Source of the DNA: the human T2T-CHM13v2.0 reference genome, Homo sapiens
Assembly: GCF_009914755.1 (NCBI RefSeq)
Contig: NC_060926.1
DNA: 64,000 nt
Reading direction: 5' to 3' (one strand)
Each line of letters starts with the position of its first letter. The first letter of the stretch is position 1. The notes under the pieces were generated by a model. That model did no database searches. It was given only the letters and a program-made list of their open reading frames with translations, and was not told the origin of the DNA. Below, piece by piece: positions 15,155 to 27,258 of the stretch. The translations under genes were made by a program, and so were the position numbers.

Positions 15155-15267
15155 CTGTTTGTAATGGTTACAAGTGCAGGAGGACAGTAATAACCGCTGG
15201 AAGCTTGGTCAAAGCTTCGAAGGACTGTGTCAATTTTGTAACAGAATCCACCATGTCTCTCCCATCC
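15155..15267 (-). CDS. PLA2R1: PLA2R1 exon 10, start of CTLD3 (absent from the ORF track)
   Basis: tttaag|GGA TGG GAG...AAC AG|gtaaat; 113 nt; GWERHGGFCYKIDTVLRSFDQASSGYYCPPALVTITN(R). Confidence 0.97.
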
Positions 15268-15555
15268 CTTAAAAAGAATAAAAGGGAAATTAAGGACACA
15301 ATCTCATTTAGTTAAATACCAAGAGATATTTTTGCATACTCTTTTACCACCTACATAACTTTCTTCTCTTACTCCTTTAAAACTCCTTGAATTTTTGTCT
15401 TGATATTTTTATATTTATTCTATCCAGTAATGCCATTAACTACACCCACTTCTACATTTATTTAATTTATTATCTTAAAACCTAAAATTTTTAATTAACT
15501 TAAAACGTAAAACCTTAAAAGTAAATGAAAATAAAGGGCATTCATTCAAGATCTC

Positions 15556-15558
<3 letters not shown>

Positions 15559-15639
<81 letters not shown>

Positions 15640-15648
15640 TCTCTCTCT
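15559..15648. repeat. Compound microsatellite (CT)n(GT)n(CT)n
   Basis: Direct reading; about 19 CT units, about 21 GT units, then a short CT run. Confidence 0.95.
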
Positions 15649-15689
15649 GACTTACAGAATTTCATATAAATGGCCCCGACAGGAGGGTA

Positions 15690-15850
15690 GAAATTAAGTG
15701 TTGGCTCTAGGGTCAGGATGCATGGGTTTGAATTCTGGCTCCACTACTGTGCAACCTTGTTTAATATCATAGTTTTTTCATCTATACGATGAGGATAATA
15801 ATAGTATTTATGGGGTTGTTCTGAGAATCAGAGAAGGACAATGCAGATAG
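15690..15850. mobile_element. MIR
   Basis: gggtttgaattctggctccactactgtgcaaccttg...tcatctatacgatgaggataataatagta. Confidence 0.7.
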
Positions 15851-16281
15851 AGATTTTAGAATTGAACAGAGGGGAAAGAGAACATGAACAAAGAGAATAT
15901 ATGTATCTAGATAATATTAGAGATTTTTTTCAACTTTCATATTGATTATTTCATGTTATCCCTCTGAGATTCACTGAGATTAGGGACTTGGATAAAGTCA
16001 AACTAGTGGATCAGTTGGGCCTGAAACCCAATTCTGGAACAGTCCAGGATGGTCTTGTTTGGAGCATAATGCTTCCAAATAGAGAATGGCCAATATATGT
16101 ATTTTTTCTTTTTCTTTCTTTTTTTTTTTTTTGTAAAGATTATTCCTAAATTAACTGGCTGGCCTTTTGGAGGGGAAGAAAGTAAGCTTTGGCACTCAGA
16201 CAAAAATGACAAACATGTAGGTCTATGTTTTAGCCCTGGGAACAACGAAGGGTGGCTCTTCCTTTGAAATCATGCAGTACA

Positions 16282-16323
16282 GTCTATGGCCACACCACCC
16301 TGAATGTGCCCAATCCCATCTGA
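16282..16323 (+). pseudogene. 5S rRNA 5'-fragment retropseudogene (tailless)
   Basis: gtctatggccacaccaccctgaatgtgcccaatcccatctga matches 5S rRNA nt 1-42 (GTCTACGGCCATACCACCCTGAACGCGCCCGATCTCGTCTGA) at 35/42; flanked by a direct repeat. Confidence 0.9.
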
Positions 16324-17854
16324 AATCACACAGTATGGTAAGACATACATTCATTAGTCCTCTATATTTAAACTGAGCTATTTTAGTTCTTTTTTCCCCA
16401 ATATTATTAAATCACATCATTTTTATCTATTTTAATTTATTCACCAGTTTTAAAACACTCTTCATTTTATGCTATGCCAATTCTTGCCAGCTTTTGATCA
16501 GTTATAAAATGATTTCTCATAAATTTCTTGGAAAAGATGTTGGTCTTGCAGTAAATTAAAGAAAACCTTAATTTAGAGATCAGCTGTGTTAGTTCAAACA
16601 TATCATTAACTGAGGTAGGAAGCACAGGAGCTCCCACATCCAGCCATCTAGGATCTGCTCTGAACTCACTCCCCTTCACTTCTATTCCCAATCTTCTCTC
16701 TGTGAGTAACTGACAGCTCCATACAGCTCCTTCATGCATCCCTCCAGGGTAGGAGCAGGGATATTAGACTGCTCCTGTACTTGGAAGGACAGGGAGAGGG
16801 AGGCTGGCAATTTGACCTTTCCGATAATGTATTCTTCTTCATTAGCAGTTTTTAGATCATAGGCTGCTTAGCAAAACAAACAAACAAAAAAATCCAATAA
16901 CTGAACCAGCTCAAGAAAAGGGAGGGAAAAAAAGATCTGGCATAGAATAATCAGAAACACCGACTTGTTACTTCAAGGCTTTGTCCACACAATGAATACG
17001 GGAAGGATAACTGATTATATCAGTTAACCCTTTGTACACTAGGTGCCATTTCATTTTTAAATGAAAGGATGGTGGTGACAAAACTGAAGGAATTGCTCAT
17101 ATTGTCCAATCCCAAAAAAGTGACTCAGAAGGAAAAACAAATCACTTCTTTTGCTTTGAAATTATCAAGACTGATTTTACAAATTGATTTTTCAAGTGCA
17201 GACTGTTTAGAGAATTGCATTGAAGCAACTTTCTAAAAAAGAGAAAACTTTCAAAACCATATTCATAGACTGATGCATAATAAAATTACTGGAAATTTCT
17301 TCACAAAGCTAGAGAATTGGCTATGAACTCAGGAACTTTAAATACTGGTAATGCTGGCTGGAAAAGGGAAGCCATGAACAAAAGTTTGAATAGAACATCA
17401 GTTCTGTATTTGCAGTGTAAAAAGTTAATTGTCCTTTCAACAAAAATAAAACACGTTGAGTTTCCCAGAAAGCCACAGTAAGACAAATCCCCCCACCCTC
17501 ACCCCTGCCCCGTCTTCAATATTTCATATCAGGTAGAGATTAATCAGAGATCAGCTATAACTAATTCAGAGATTATAATCATTAGATAAAATGGTGACAT
17601 GTCAGCTACGGCATATCTACTATCCAACTAGAGTATGAAGTTCACTTGTTTACACATTGATTAATGAATAAAATGAAGATTCTAAGGGGATGGGTCATTG
17701 TTCAATTGCAATACAAATAACTGGATTAGAAGAGAAAATAATTAAAGCATAGTTGCATAAAGACCAGGTCTGGAAAACTGTTGAGACTGATAAAGCATAG
17801 TTCACTCTGACTCAGAGGAACACAATTGTTTTATGACATCTCACTTGAAAACTA

Positions 17855-18215
<361 letters not shown>

Positions 18216-18329
18216 TCACACATCACAGGATAGTCACTGTACAGATGCTGTATCAGGACCATTTACATTTTTAATCTCAAAAGAAAAGTAATCCTGTGTA
18301 GAAGATAGCAAGACAACATTTCTCAGGAC

Positions 18330-18415
18330 AGGAAAAAAAAGAGGAAAGGAAAGAAGGGGGGGGCGAGGAGAGAGAGAGAGATGAAAGAGAGAAGAGAGAG
18401 AGAGGAGAAAGAGAA
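18330..18415. repeat. GA-rich low-complexity tract about 80 nt downstream of the exon 9 donor
   Basis: Direct reading. Confidence 0.85.
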
Positions 18416-18495
18416 ATTCACTTCAAATTGATGGTGGAATTGATATTCTAGCTATGAAGTCCCTGTACCTAAATTGCAATGTTAACAGCACTTAC

Positions 18496-18594
18496 CTCTT
18501 GACATCCTGATTCAGCATCAGAGAGGACATGGCCTGCTTTTTTACAAATGTAAAAAAGTCTTTCTTCACAATTTTTGACTTTCCAGTGTCCCTC
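18496..18594 (-). CDS. PLA2R1: PLA2R1 exon 9, end of CTLD2 (absent from the ORF track)
   Basis: ccgtag|GAG GGA CAC TGG...CAA GAG|gtaagt; 99 nt; EGHWKVKNCEERLFYICKKAGHVLSDAESGCQE. Confidence 0.97.
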
Positions 18595-19069
18595 CTACGG
18601 AGAAAAATGTTACAAGAGAATGAATACACTCTGTGCTGATGCCGATGGGCAATAGCAATTCTTATAAAAAAAAATATGATGAATAATGTGCTCCCGCGTG
18701 GGATAATGTTTCAGGCGGCACTCTGCTTTGTCACGGAAAGGGTTGACACTTTGTCTAGGGAAAGGCCCCTCTCTCCAGCATGAGTTCCAAGGTGTGCAAT
18801 CTGTAACTGGGTGGGCAGGAGAGAGGGAGCAACTATTAACAACTGGTGCTTCTTGATAGCTGCCATGTGCTAGGCTTAATGCAGGGCGATTTTCATATAT
18901 TATCTCAATGTTCCAGTGAGGTAGGGATTATAATTCCCATTTTAAAGGTTAGAGTTAGCATTTTACATGGTCCTAGAGTCAGTAAAAATTGGAGCTAGGA
19001 TTGATACCAAGGTCAGCCTGGCTTTCCATTAAGCTGTTCTCAATTTTTCTATGAAAAGATGGGATAGAG

Positions 19070-19254
19070 CCATGGTTCTCAATCTCGAGTGTGCTCCAGA
19101 AGCACCTGGAGGGCTAACTGAAACCTAGATGATTGGGCTGCATGACCAGTGTCTCATTTGGTAGGTCTGGTGGGACTTGAGAATTGGCATTCCTAACAAG
19201 TTTTCAGGTGATGTTAATGCTGATGGTCTGGGGGTCACACTGTGAGAACCACTG
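19070..19254. mobile_element. MER5A (hAT-Charlie MITE)
   Basis: Terminal inverted repeats catggttctca...tgagaaccactg; typical internal sequence. Confidence 0.8.
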
Positions 19255-20216
19255 GGATGAAGCCATCCTCCTGACCAAGTGAGAGTGCTGACGCCTCTCT
19301 TCAACCACTTCTAAGTGTTACATTAAATGCTTTGCTGCTTTCATGTCTCTACCTGATGCTGGGGAAATTCCTGGAAGCTACCATGAAACACCCTAGGTAA
19401 TATTGGCATAGCTGAAACTCATGTTCACCCTTCAATGATCCCTCCATCAGGAATTCGAACAGCACCACCCCATCTCCTCTTTATATGCTAGGCAGATACC
19501 TTCATGTCTTTCTCTAATCCTATTGAAGGCTACTCTCAGATCTTTCATTAATAATGATATAATAACTGCTAACATATTAAAATTTTATCCTCCCATAGGA
19601 TTTTTTAATAACACAAATCAGAACCTTAGGCTAAAGTTACACAATTCAAATTCCAGGTGGTATTTCACACATCTAGAATTTTAGGGGAATGTGGAGCCCT
19701 TCCATGACCCTTAGAAAAATACAACGTCCAGGGCTGATACCTTCATCTGTAAGAGGAGCCCTGCATCGCTCCCCCATGGAGTCTTCCAGCAAACAATCCA
19801 GTTACAGGATAGTGTCAGGCATACTGTAGTTAAGAACTGTTAGATGAATGGAAGAACAAATGAATTGTTTCCTAGGCTCTCATATTCAAATTTGTGTCAA
19901 CTGTGATTGGGGAACTTGTTAATTATAATAATTATATTCATACTAAGTTCTACTCCATGGAAATAAATGTTAATTTTTACACATCTACTATTTAAGGAGC
20001 TTCTGAGCTTCCAGAAAAGGGGCCATAAAATATTACACTTACGGCAGCATTGTCCTGACATATCCAATACTATTAATACCTATCATCAATCTCTTAAAAA
20101 AAAATCTCTGTCCAAATATTGGCTCCTGTTCTGTAAACTTGCAGAGCAACATACCCATGCCTGTCAATAAGAAATGATCACCTAAATTATATCAAAACTA
20201 ATGAACCAATAAATCA

Positions 20217-20646
<430 letters not shown>

Positions 20647-21169
20647 TTACTGCACTGTACAATTGTAATTGTCTGTGCTAGCATTAAAAGATGGAACCAT
20701 GAAACATGTCACAAAAGTTAAGTGCTTAGAAATGCTTCCTGTTTTGCTGGCATAATTACTTTGTCAAGCCACATCAGTAACATTTAATAAACTGCCTCTT
20801 TGGAGAACCTGACAGAGTATCCTGGTGGTTAGAAGAACATGGACATCTACCAAATCCCAACAACCCCCTAAAACTCAGCCAGTGTATTCAGCAGCTATCT
20901 TGATCAAAGAGATTAAGTCTGTTTTAGGCATAATAAACTGTTCAAATGGCTTGGGATTAAGCTAATTCTGTATAATCAGATGCTTTAGATAAATGAGAGA
21001 CTAGAACATAGGGATGAATGTGATGTTCAGGCTACGGGGACCACTCCATCCACATGAGGAAAAAAAGCAAGATTTGCCACTGATCCACAATTTTCAAAGA
21101 GGTTACACATACTGTTTAAATCCTTTTATGTGAATAACATAATGGAGCTTAAAAACCATCACTCTCCAG

Positions 21170-21972
21170 AGTAATCTTCCATCCCTCAGTTCTTCCCCTC
21201 ATCTTCATCACAGCAGTCAATGGCACCACCATACACCAAAACCATGGTTGCTCAAGCCAAAAGCCGACCTCTCTCTCACCCCCACATCTAACTTAGCAAC
21301 ACCTTCTGTTCTCCAAAGCACACTTGGATCTGTCCACTTCTCTTCACAGTCACTACCCTAAGTCAACTCTGGTGTAGCCTCCAAACTGGCTTTTCTGCTT
21401 CCATTTTATTCCTCTCCTAACCATTCTCTGTGTAGCAGCCACAGTTAATTGTAAAATGTAAATCAGGTCATGCCCTTTGTTTCCTTGAAGTACTTTATTG
21501 GTTCCTATACCACAATCTAGAAACCTGGCATTTTAGAATTCCTACTGCCCATCTCTTACGACCTCCTCACTACTGGTCTCCTTTTTGATCATTCAACATG
21601 GCAAGTCTTGGTCTGCCTTTGGGCCTTTGCACTTGCTACCCTCTGCATGTTCTGCTTAGAATATTCTTCCCCCTTCTCTCTGAGAGTTTTTTTTTAAGTC
21701 CAAGCTTAAATATTAACTTTTCAGAAATGCTTTCTGTGGCTGTCCTGTCCTGCCCCAACCCAAGCTTTTCACTATCATGTCACATAGTTCCTTGGAGCAA
21801 TCATTACAACTATAATTACCATGTTTTTTCTGTGTGTACTTGTTTGCTCTCTAACATGGAAGGCCCATGAGGAACAGGGACTGCACCTGTCTTGGTCTCT
21901 GCCACAGCCCAAAGCTCCAACACAGGTGGCCTTCAGTACAAGACCAGCAAAGTGAGCACTGAACAAATGAAT
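21170..21972 (+). mobile_element. L2 3' fragment ending against the exon 8 donor
   Basis: L2-type CT-rich sense sequence ending ...actgaacaaatgaatc. Confidence 0.65.
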
Positions 21973-21980
21973 CAACTTAC

Positions 21981-22138
21981 AGACTGCTCTGCTGAGACAC
22001 ACAGCTGGCTTCTATTTGGAAAAATGTGGGGCTCAAGTGTGTGCCAATTAGTAAAGATGACTGAAGAGTCATTAGACCATTCAAAGGAAACTGGAATTTT
22101 ATTGCTGCTCAAACCAATCCATGTTTCTGATGCATTTT
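21981..22138 (-). CDS. PLA2R1: PLA2R1 exon 8, CTLD2 (absent from the ORF track)
   Basis: ttacag|AA AAT GCA...CAG TCT|gtaagt; 158 nt; NASETWIGLSSNKIPVSFEWSNDSSVIFTNWHTLEPHIFPNRSQLCVSAEQS. Confidence 0.97.
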
Positions 22139-22313
22139 CTGTAAGAGATAAATGTAAATTACTTATGGGATCCTATTATTTGCAAAGGAGGTAACACCCT
22201 GGAGTTATTACTAAAATATACCACTTCACATGTGATTTCTTCTTTATTTCTTTGCATGATGAAATCTGTTTAAGTCTTGGTATAAAATGTCTGTTTAAAC
22301 ATTTTCCCTTCCC

Positions 22314-22725
22314 TGCTATGGTTTGAATGTTTGTCCCCTCCAAAATTCAGGTTGAAACTTAATCCCCAGTGTGGTAGTATTGAGAAGGAGGCCTCTAAGG
22401 GGTGAATGGGTCATGAAGGCTCTGCCCTGATGAATGGATTAATGGGTTAATGGATTAACTAGTTCTCATGGGAATGGTACTGGTGGCTTTATAAGAGGAG
22501 GAAGAGAGACCTGAGATAGCACACTCAGCCCCCTCTCCATGTGATGCCCTGTGCCACCATGGGACTCTGCAGAGAATCCCCACCAGCAAGGAGACCCTCT
22601 CCAGATGTGGCCCTTTGACCTTGAACTTCCCAGCCTCCATAACTGTAGGAAATAAATTTCTTTTATTTATAAATTACTCAGTTTCTTTGTATTCTACTAT
22701 AATCAATAGAAAATGGACTAAGACA
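22314..22725 (+). mobile_element. MSTB-like MaLR solo LTR
   Basis: tgctatggtttgaatgtttgtcccctccaaaattcaggttgaaacttaatcccc...aaatggactaagaca; near-TSD ttccc / tcccc. Confidence 0.88.
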
Positions 22726-22999
22726 TCCCCATAATATCCAGATCTGCTTGATATAGGCCTTATAAGTGAGGCAGAATGTGAGCTAAAGCCAATGCAACAA
22801 CAAAGCCTAAGCAAGTTGGATTCCTGGGGCTCTGGTTTCTGCTAGAACCATGTATGTATGTTAAGTAGATCTGAAAAATCTGGTTTTGCTTCTGCCTAGA
22901 GAAAGGAAAAATAGGAAGGCCCACTGGATTATGAAAAGGGCATGAAACAAACAAACTTTTAATGATAGTCTAGCTTAAAGATAGGAGTTTTTTTTTCCC

Positions 23000-23655
23000 C
23001 AACAGATGTTGGTGAGGATGCAAAAAAAGGAACACTTATACACTATTGGTGGGAATGTAAATTAGTACAACATTTATGGAAAACAGTACTGGGATTACTC
23101 AAAGAACTAAAAATAGAACTACCTTTCAATCCAGCAATCCCACTACTGGGTATATACCCAAAGGGAAAAAAATCATTATATCAAAAAGACACCTGTACTC
23201 ATATGTTTATCACAGCATTATTCACAATAGCAAAGATGGAATCATGTAAGTATCCATCAGAGGAGGGTTGGATAAAGAAAATATGGAATATATATATACA
23301 CATACACATACCATGGAATACTACTCAGCCATAGAAAAGAATGAAATCATATCTTTCGCACACAGGTAGCACTTGAGGCGATTCTGCTAAGTGAAATAAC
23401 TCAGAATGTCAAATACTGCGTGTTCTTACTTATAAGTGAGAGCTAAACAATGGGGACACATGGAGATACAGAGCAGGATAAAAAACACTGGAGATTCCAA
23501 AAGGTAGCAGAGGTGAGGCTGAGGGTTGAAAAATCACCTGTTGGGTACAATGTTCACCATCTAGGTGATGGGGCCACTAAGAGGCCAGACTTCACCACTG
23601 CAATATATGCATGTAAGAAATACTCACTTGTACCTCTTAAACCTATTTTTTAAAG
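23000..23655 (+). mobile_element. 5'-truncated L1PB/L1MA 3' end
   Basis: aacagatgttggtgaggatg...ccagcaatcccactactgggtatatacccaaaggg...gaatactactcagccata. Confidence 0.85.
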
Positions 23656-24539
23656 TATTTTTTTCCTTTTTCTTTTTTCTGCCATAGGAAAAAAGGAGCA
23701 AAACCTCTTAAAGGCATTGAAATGGAGGTGCTGCAAAAGTAATTAAAACTTGACAGCCTAGGTAGGAAAGGACCCTATGTGGCTGAAAGAGATGTGTAAG
23801 TGCCCTTGTTGAGATAAGCAGCCCACAGGGTTCTTTAATCCCAAATGCAAATGATTAGGAAAAATAACAGAGAAGGATGCATGTTTTTACTCCAAACTAA
23901 AATGTAACAATTGAAAAGGTCATCAAAGGAGATCCTGGACATTTTTTTGTATTTTTAAAAAACTGAAAAATGAAATAAATAATTTCAGTATTTTTCAGCA
24001 TAAGTCTATGTCAAATACATGACACAGTGAAGAGCAGGCCAACTCTGAGGGACTCAGGCTGTGCGGAAGCCAGGAGCCTAAAATTCCTATACATGGGGAA
24101 CAGTCTGAACATCACCTCACCAAATAAATTACCCATGTTCACTGGCGAAAATTGTTTACATCTAATTATTTGCCTAAGGGGTTCCCTTTATTATGTGGAT
24201 TACATGTTAACAACACACTACTGCTATCTAGTGGCCATAAAGCTAAATTACAGGTTTAGGTTTTTCGTTAGAAGTTTTAGGAAATGAACTTTCCTACTTT
24301 CCAAAAATTTAAAAATCATCTAATATATGTGGCATATATGAAGATGTTACAAAGTTTCTGAACATGTATTTTGTAAAAATCCAATAAATTTGAACTCCTG
24401 AATAACATTTAGAAACTTTAAATATATGTGCAATGAATAACCACTTTTAAATAGCTTAAATTTCTTTTCAACTCCACTAATAAAAGTAGTTACTACATTA
24501 TATTTTATGCCTTTTAAACCAAAGGCAGCTGGGACTCAC

Positions 24540-24734
24540 CATCTCCAAGGAGGGTTACAAGAAACTCCACCTCTGCTAATGAGGTTATGTCTATTAATGC
24601 ACTGTTATCAGCCTGACAAGAATGCAGAGCCTCATGCCAGGTCTTTTCTTCTTTCTGAAGTTTGTAGCAATTACGATTGTAGGGATTCCAGCCAGGCTCA
24701 CAGTGGGTAGCATAATATTTCCACGCATCTTTTT
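24540..24734 (-). CDS. PLA2R1: PLA2R1 exon 7, start of CTLD2 (absent from the ORF track)
   Basis: Read manually: aaaaag|AA AAA GAT GCG TGG...GGA GAT G|gtgagt; 195 nt; KDAWKYYATHCEPGWNPYNRNCYKLQKEEKTWHEALHSCQADNSALIDITSLAEVEFLVTLLGD. Confidence 0.97.
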
Positions 24735-25031
24735 CTTTTTAAACCAACAAAAAACAATGTCATTTTCCACAATTATTTTAACATTACTTATTACAGCTTA
24801 TGTAAATTGCCATTAATATGATTACTTTAAAAATGTGAAAAACAGAAATATACAAAATGACATATATCATGGAATTCTAGATCTTCAGAGTTGAGAAGGG
24901 TCTAATCTATGATCTAGATTTAGATCTAGGATCAAATGAACCTCAGTATTTCATTTTCCGGATGAGCTAGTGAAGGTACAAAGAAGTAAGGAGAGGAGGG
25001 ATGGCAGCAAGATGACCGATAGAGACACCTG

Positions 25032-25620
25032 TGTCAGAGGCCTTTGAACAACAGCAACTCCATCTTGTTTAGGAGCTGGGTAAAATAAGGCTGAGACCTA
25101 CTGAGCTGCATTTCCAGGAGGTCAGGCATTCTAAGTTACAGGATGAGACAGAAAGTCTCATCAAGAAAGCTTGCTAATAAAACAAGCTGCAGTAAAGAAG
25201 CTGGCCAAAACCCATCAAAACCAAGACGGTGAGGAAGGTGACCTCTGGTCACCCTCGCTGCTCATTATATGCTAATTATAATGTATTAGCATGCTAAAAG
25301 ACACTCCCACCAGTGCCATGACAGTTTACAAGCCATGGCAACATCAGGAAGTTACCCTACATGGTCTAAAAGGGGGAGGAACCCTCAGTTCCGAAAATTG
25401 TATACCCCGTTCCCAGAAAACTCATGAATAATCTACCCCTTGTTTAGCATATAATCGAGAAAGAACTGTAAGTGTAATCAGCTGAGCAGCCCAAGCTGCT
25501 GCTCTGCCTATGGAGTAGCCATTCTTTATTCCTTTACTTTCCTAATAAACTTGCTTTCCTTTTATGGATTCGCCTCCAATTCTTTCTTGGGGTTTGGATC
25601 AGGACCCCTTTCTGGTAACA
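25032..25620 (+). mobile_element. MER41B solo LTR (ERV1)
   Basis: tgtcagaggcctttgaacaacagcaactccatcttg...ggatcaggacccctttctggtaaca; perfect 4-bp TSD CCTG; retains the tandem GAS segment. Confidence 0.9.
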
Positions 25621-26264
25621 CCTGGGATCTCATCCCTGCCACAGGAACAGCCAAAGCAATGAATAAATGACTACATTTTCACGAAGGCAGCTGAAGGAGA
25701 GTGCTGGAGCACATCAAGGGAGTAGCAGAAACAACACGGAGCACAGAAACCCTTGCTGCCCCCACCCCCACCATCTCCCCCAACCCCCGTTATAAGCAGC
25801 TTAGAGCCAGGAGAGACTTCTCTCTGTAAGGAAAGGAAGAGCAAGGGGACCCTAGCAGCCTCCAACACCACCAGGGTCACCTACAGTTCTTGCCACTGAG
25901 GACCCCTGCAGCCCCCACAGGCACTAAGCCCATTTGAGGGAGCTGCCTGGAGTCTACAGGACTATGCTTGCCTCAGAGCAAGTTCTGATGCTGCACCCTG
26001 TCTCTCTGTGGACTATGGGTCTATTGCGCTGCACAATGTTGAAAAAAGAACCACTGCTAGAATGTCATGTTCTGCTCCAGTAGTGAGTAGCCACAGCACC
26101 CCTCCATCCTTGAGGCTTTGTAACCACTGCACCACTTCTACCTCGTGGCCCACCATCCCCATGCCAAGCTGCTGTGGGGCTCTCACTCTACCTGGTGTGG
26201 CCAAGTTGCCACGAGCTGCTCCATCTACCCTTCCTGGTTGTTGCTGTGCTGTGCCCCTCAGAGC

Positions 26265-26610
26265 CTGAGCTGGCTTATCACCCTGCCTCCAAAGAAATGG
26301 TGCCTTGGCCTCCCAGAGTAGTCATGTTCCCCAGTGTGTGTGCTGAAGTGGCACCCTGCCTCCCAGGGAATCCCTACCCTGGCTGCCCAAAACAGTCACA
26401 CCCCAGGCACCTGAGCTGAAGTGGCTCTCAAATCCAGGGGAAACAGTGCTTTAGCTGCCCAAAGCAGTCATACCCCCCAGCACCTAAGCTGAAGCAGCCC
26501 CATCTCATGGGGGAATGGGTGCCTTGGCTGAGCTGAGCAGAGCAGCTGTGCCTTGTAGGGCTTGGCTGATGTGGTACCCTGCATCCAAGGGAAACAGCAT
26601 TGGCAAGGCT
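26265..26610 (+). repeat. Degenerate ~73-bp tandem array within the L1 5'UTR
   Basis: gctgaag recurs at 26342, 26415 and 26488, with a further degenerate unit on each side. Confidence 0.75.
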
Positions 26611-27089
26611 GGGACATCCTGCCCTCCAACACAAACAGCTGTAGCACCTTGCCTTCCTGGAACTGGACTAGTCCCACAAAGCCTGAACTGCTGAGGCACC
26701 CCACCTTCCCAGGGAGAGGAGTCATCATTTTGCTGCTCCTTGACCCCCAGGAAACAAACCACAGGTATATGCCACCATTCCTGGGTCCTTGCTGCTACTG
26801 AACCTGACCTCACAGAGCCTGAGATACTGCTGTGTCCCACCACCCCAGGGTCCGGAGTCACCACTGCCTGGTGCTTCATCCCCTAGAGCTTGAGTTGCCA
26901 CTGTGCCATACTGGTTCTGCTTCCCAAGTTACAGCCGTGCCCTGTTCCCTGGAGCCAAACCTCCAGAGTACCCCTTCTTCCTTGGAGGTAAATATATAGT
27001 CAAATTCAGAATGTTCAAATACCGTAATGGTGGTCTGTAAATCATTTATATCTCTACTATGAAGATTAAAGTCAAAATTGTCAAAAATA

Positions 27090-27258
27090 GATTGGGCACA
27101 GTGGCTCATGGCTGTAATCCCAGCACTTTGGGAGGCTGAGGTGGGAGGATGACTTGAACCCAGGAGGTCAAGCTATGATCATGCCACCATATTCCAGCCT
27201 GGGCAACAGAGCAAGACACCGTCTCTAAAGCATAAATAAATAAGTAAATAAATAAATA
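27090..27258 (+). mobile_element. Alu monomer (FRAM/FAM-like or recombined AluJ)
   Basis: Single arm ending in an (AAAT)n tail. Confidence 0.8.

Noticed and set aside
16739-16790. Imperfect hairpin (aggagcag...ctgctcct)
   Set aside because: Only 8 perfect base pairs; expected by chance in 64 kb
18589-18600. TAG-GAG NAGNAG acceptor at exon 9
   Set aside because: A distal GAG is rarely used when a proximal TAG is present
24507-24816. Plus-strand ORFs over exon 7 (similarly over exons 2, 3, 4, 8 and 11)
   Set aside because: Antisense shadows of PLA2R1 coding sequence
24900-24935. gatcta/tagatc near-palindromic run
   Set aside because: Short slippage-like repeat at a MIR edge; no evidence of function
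26265-26610. Regularly spaced 73-bp repeats suggesting a CRISPR-like array
   Set aside because: The whole unit is repeated and degenerate with no unique spacers, it lies within an L1 5'UTR, and the DNA is human
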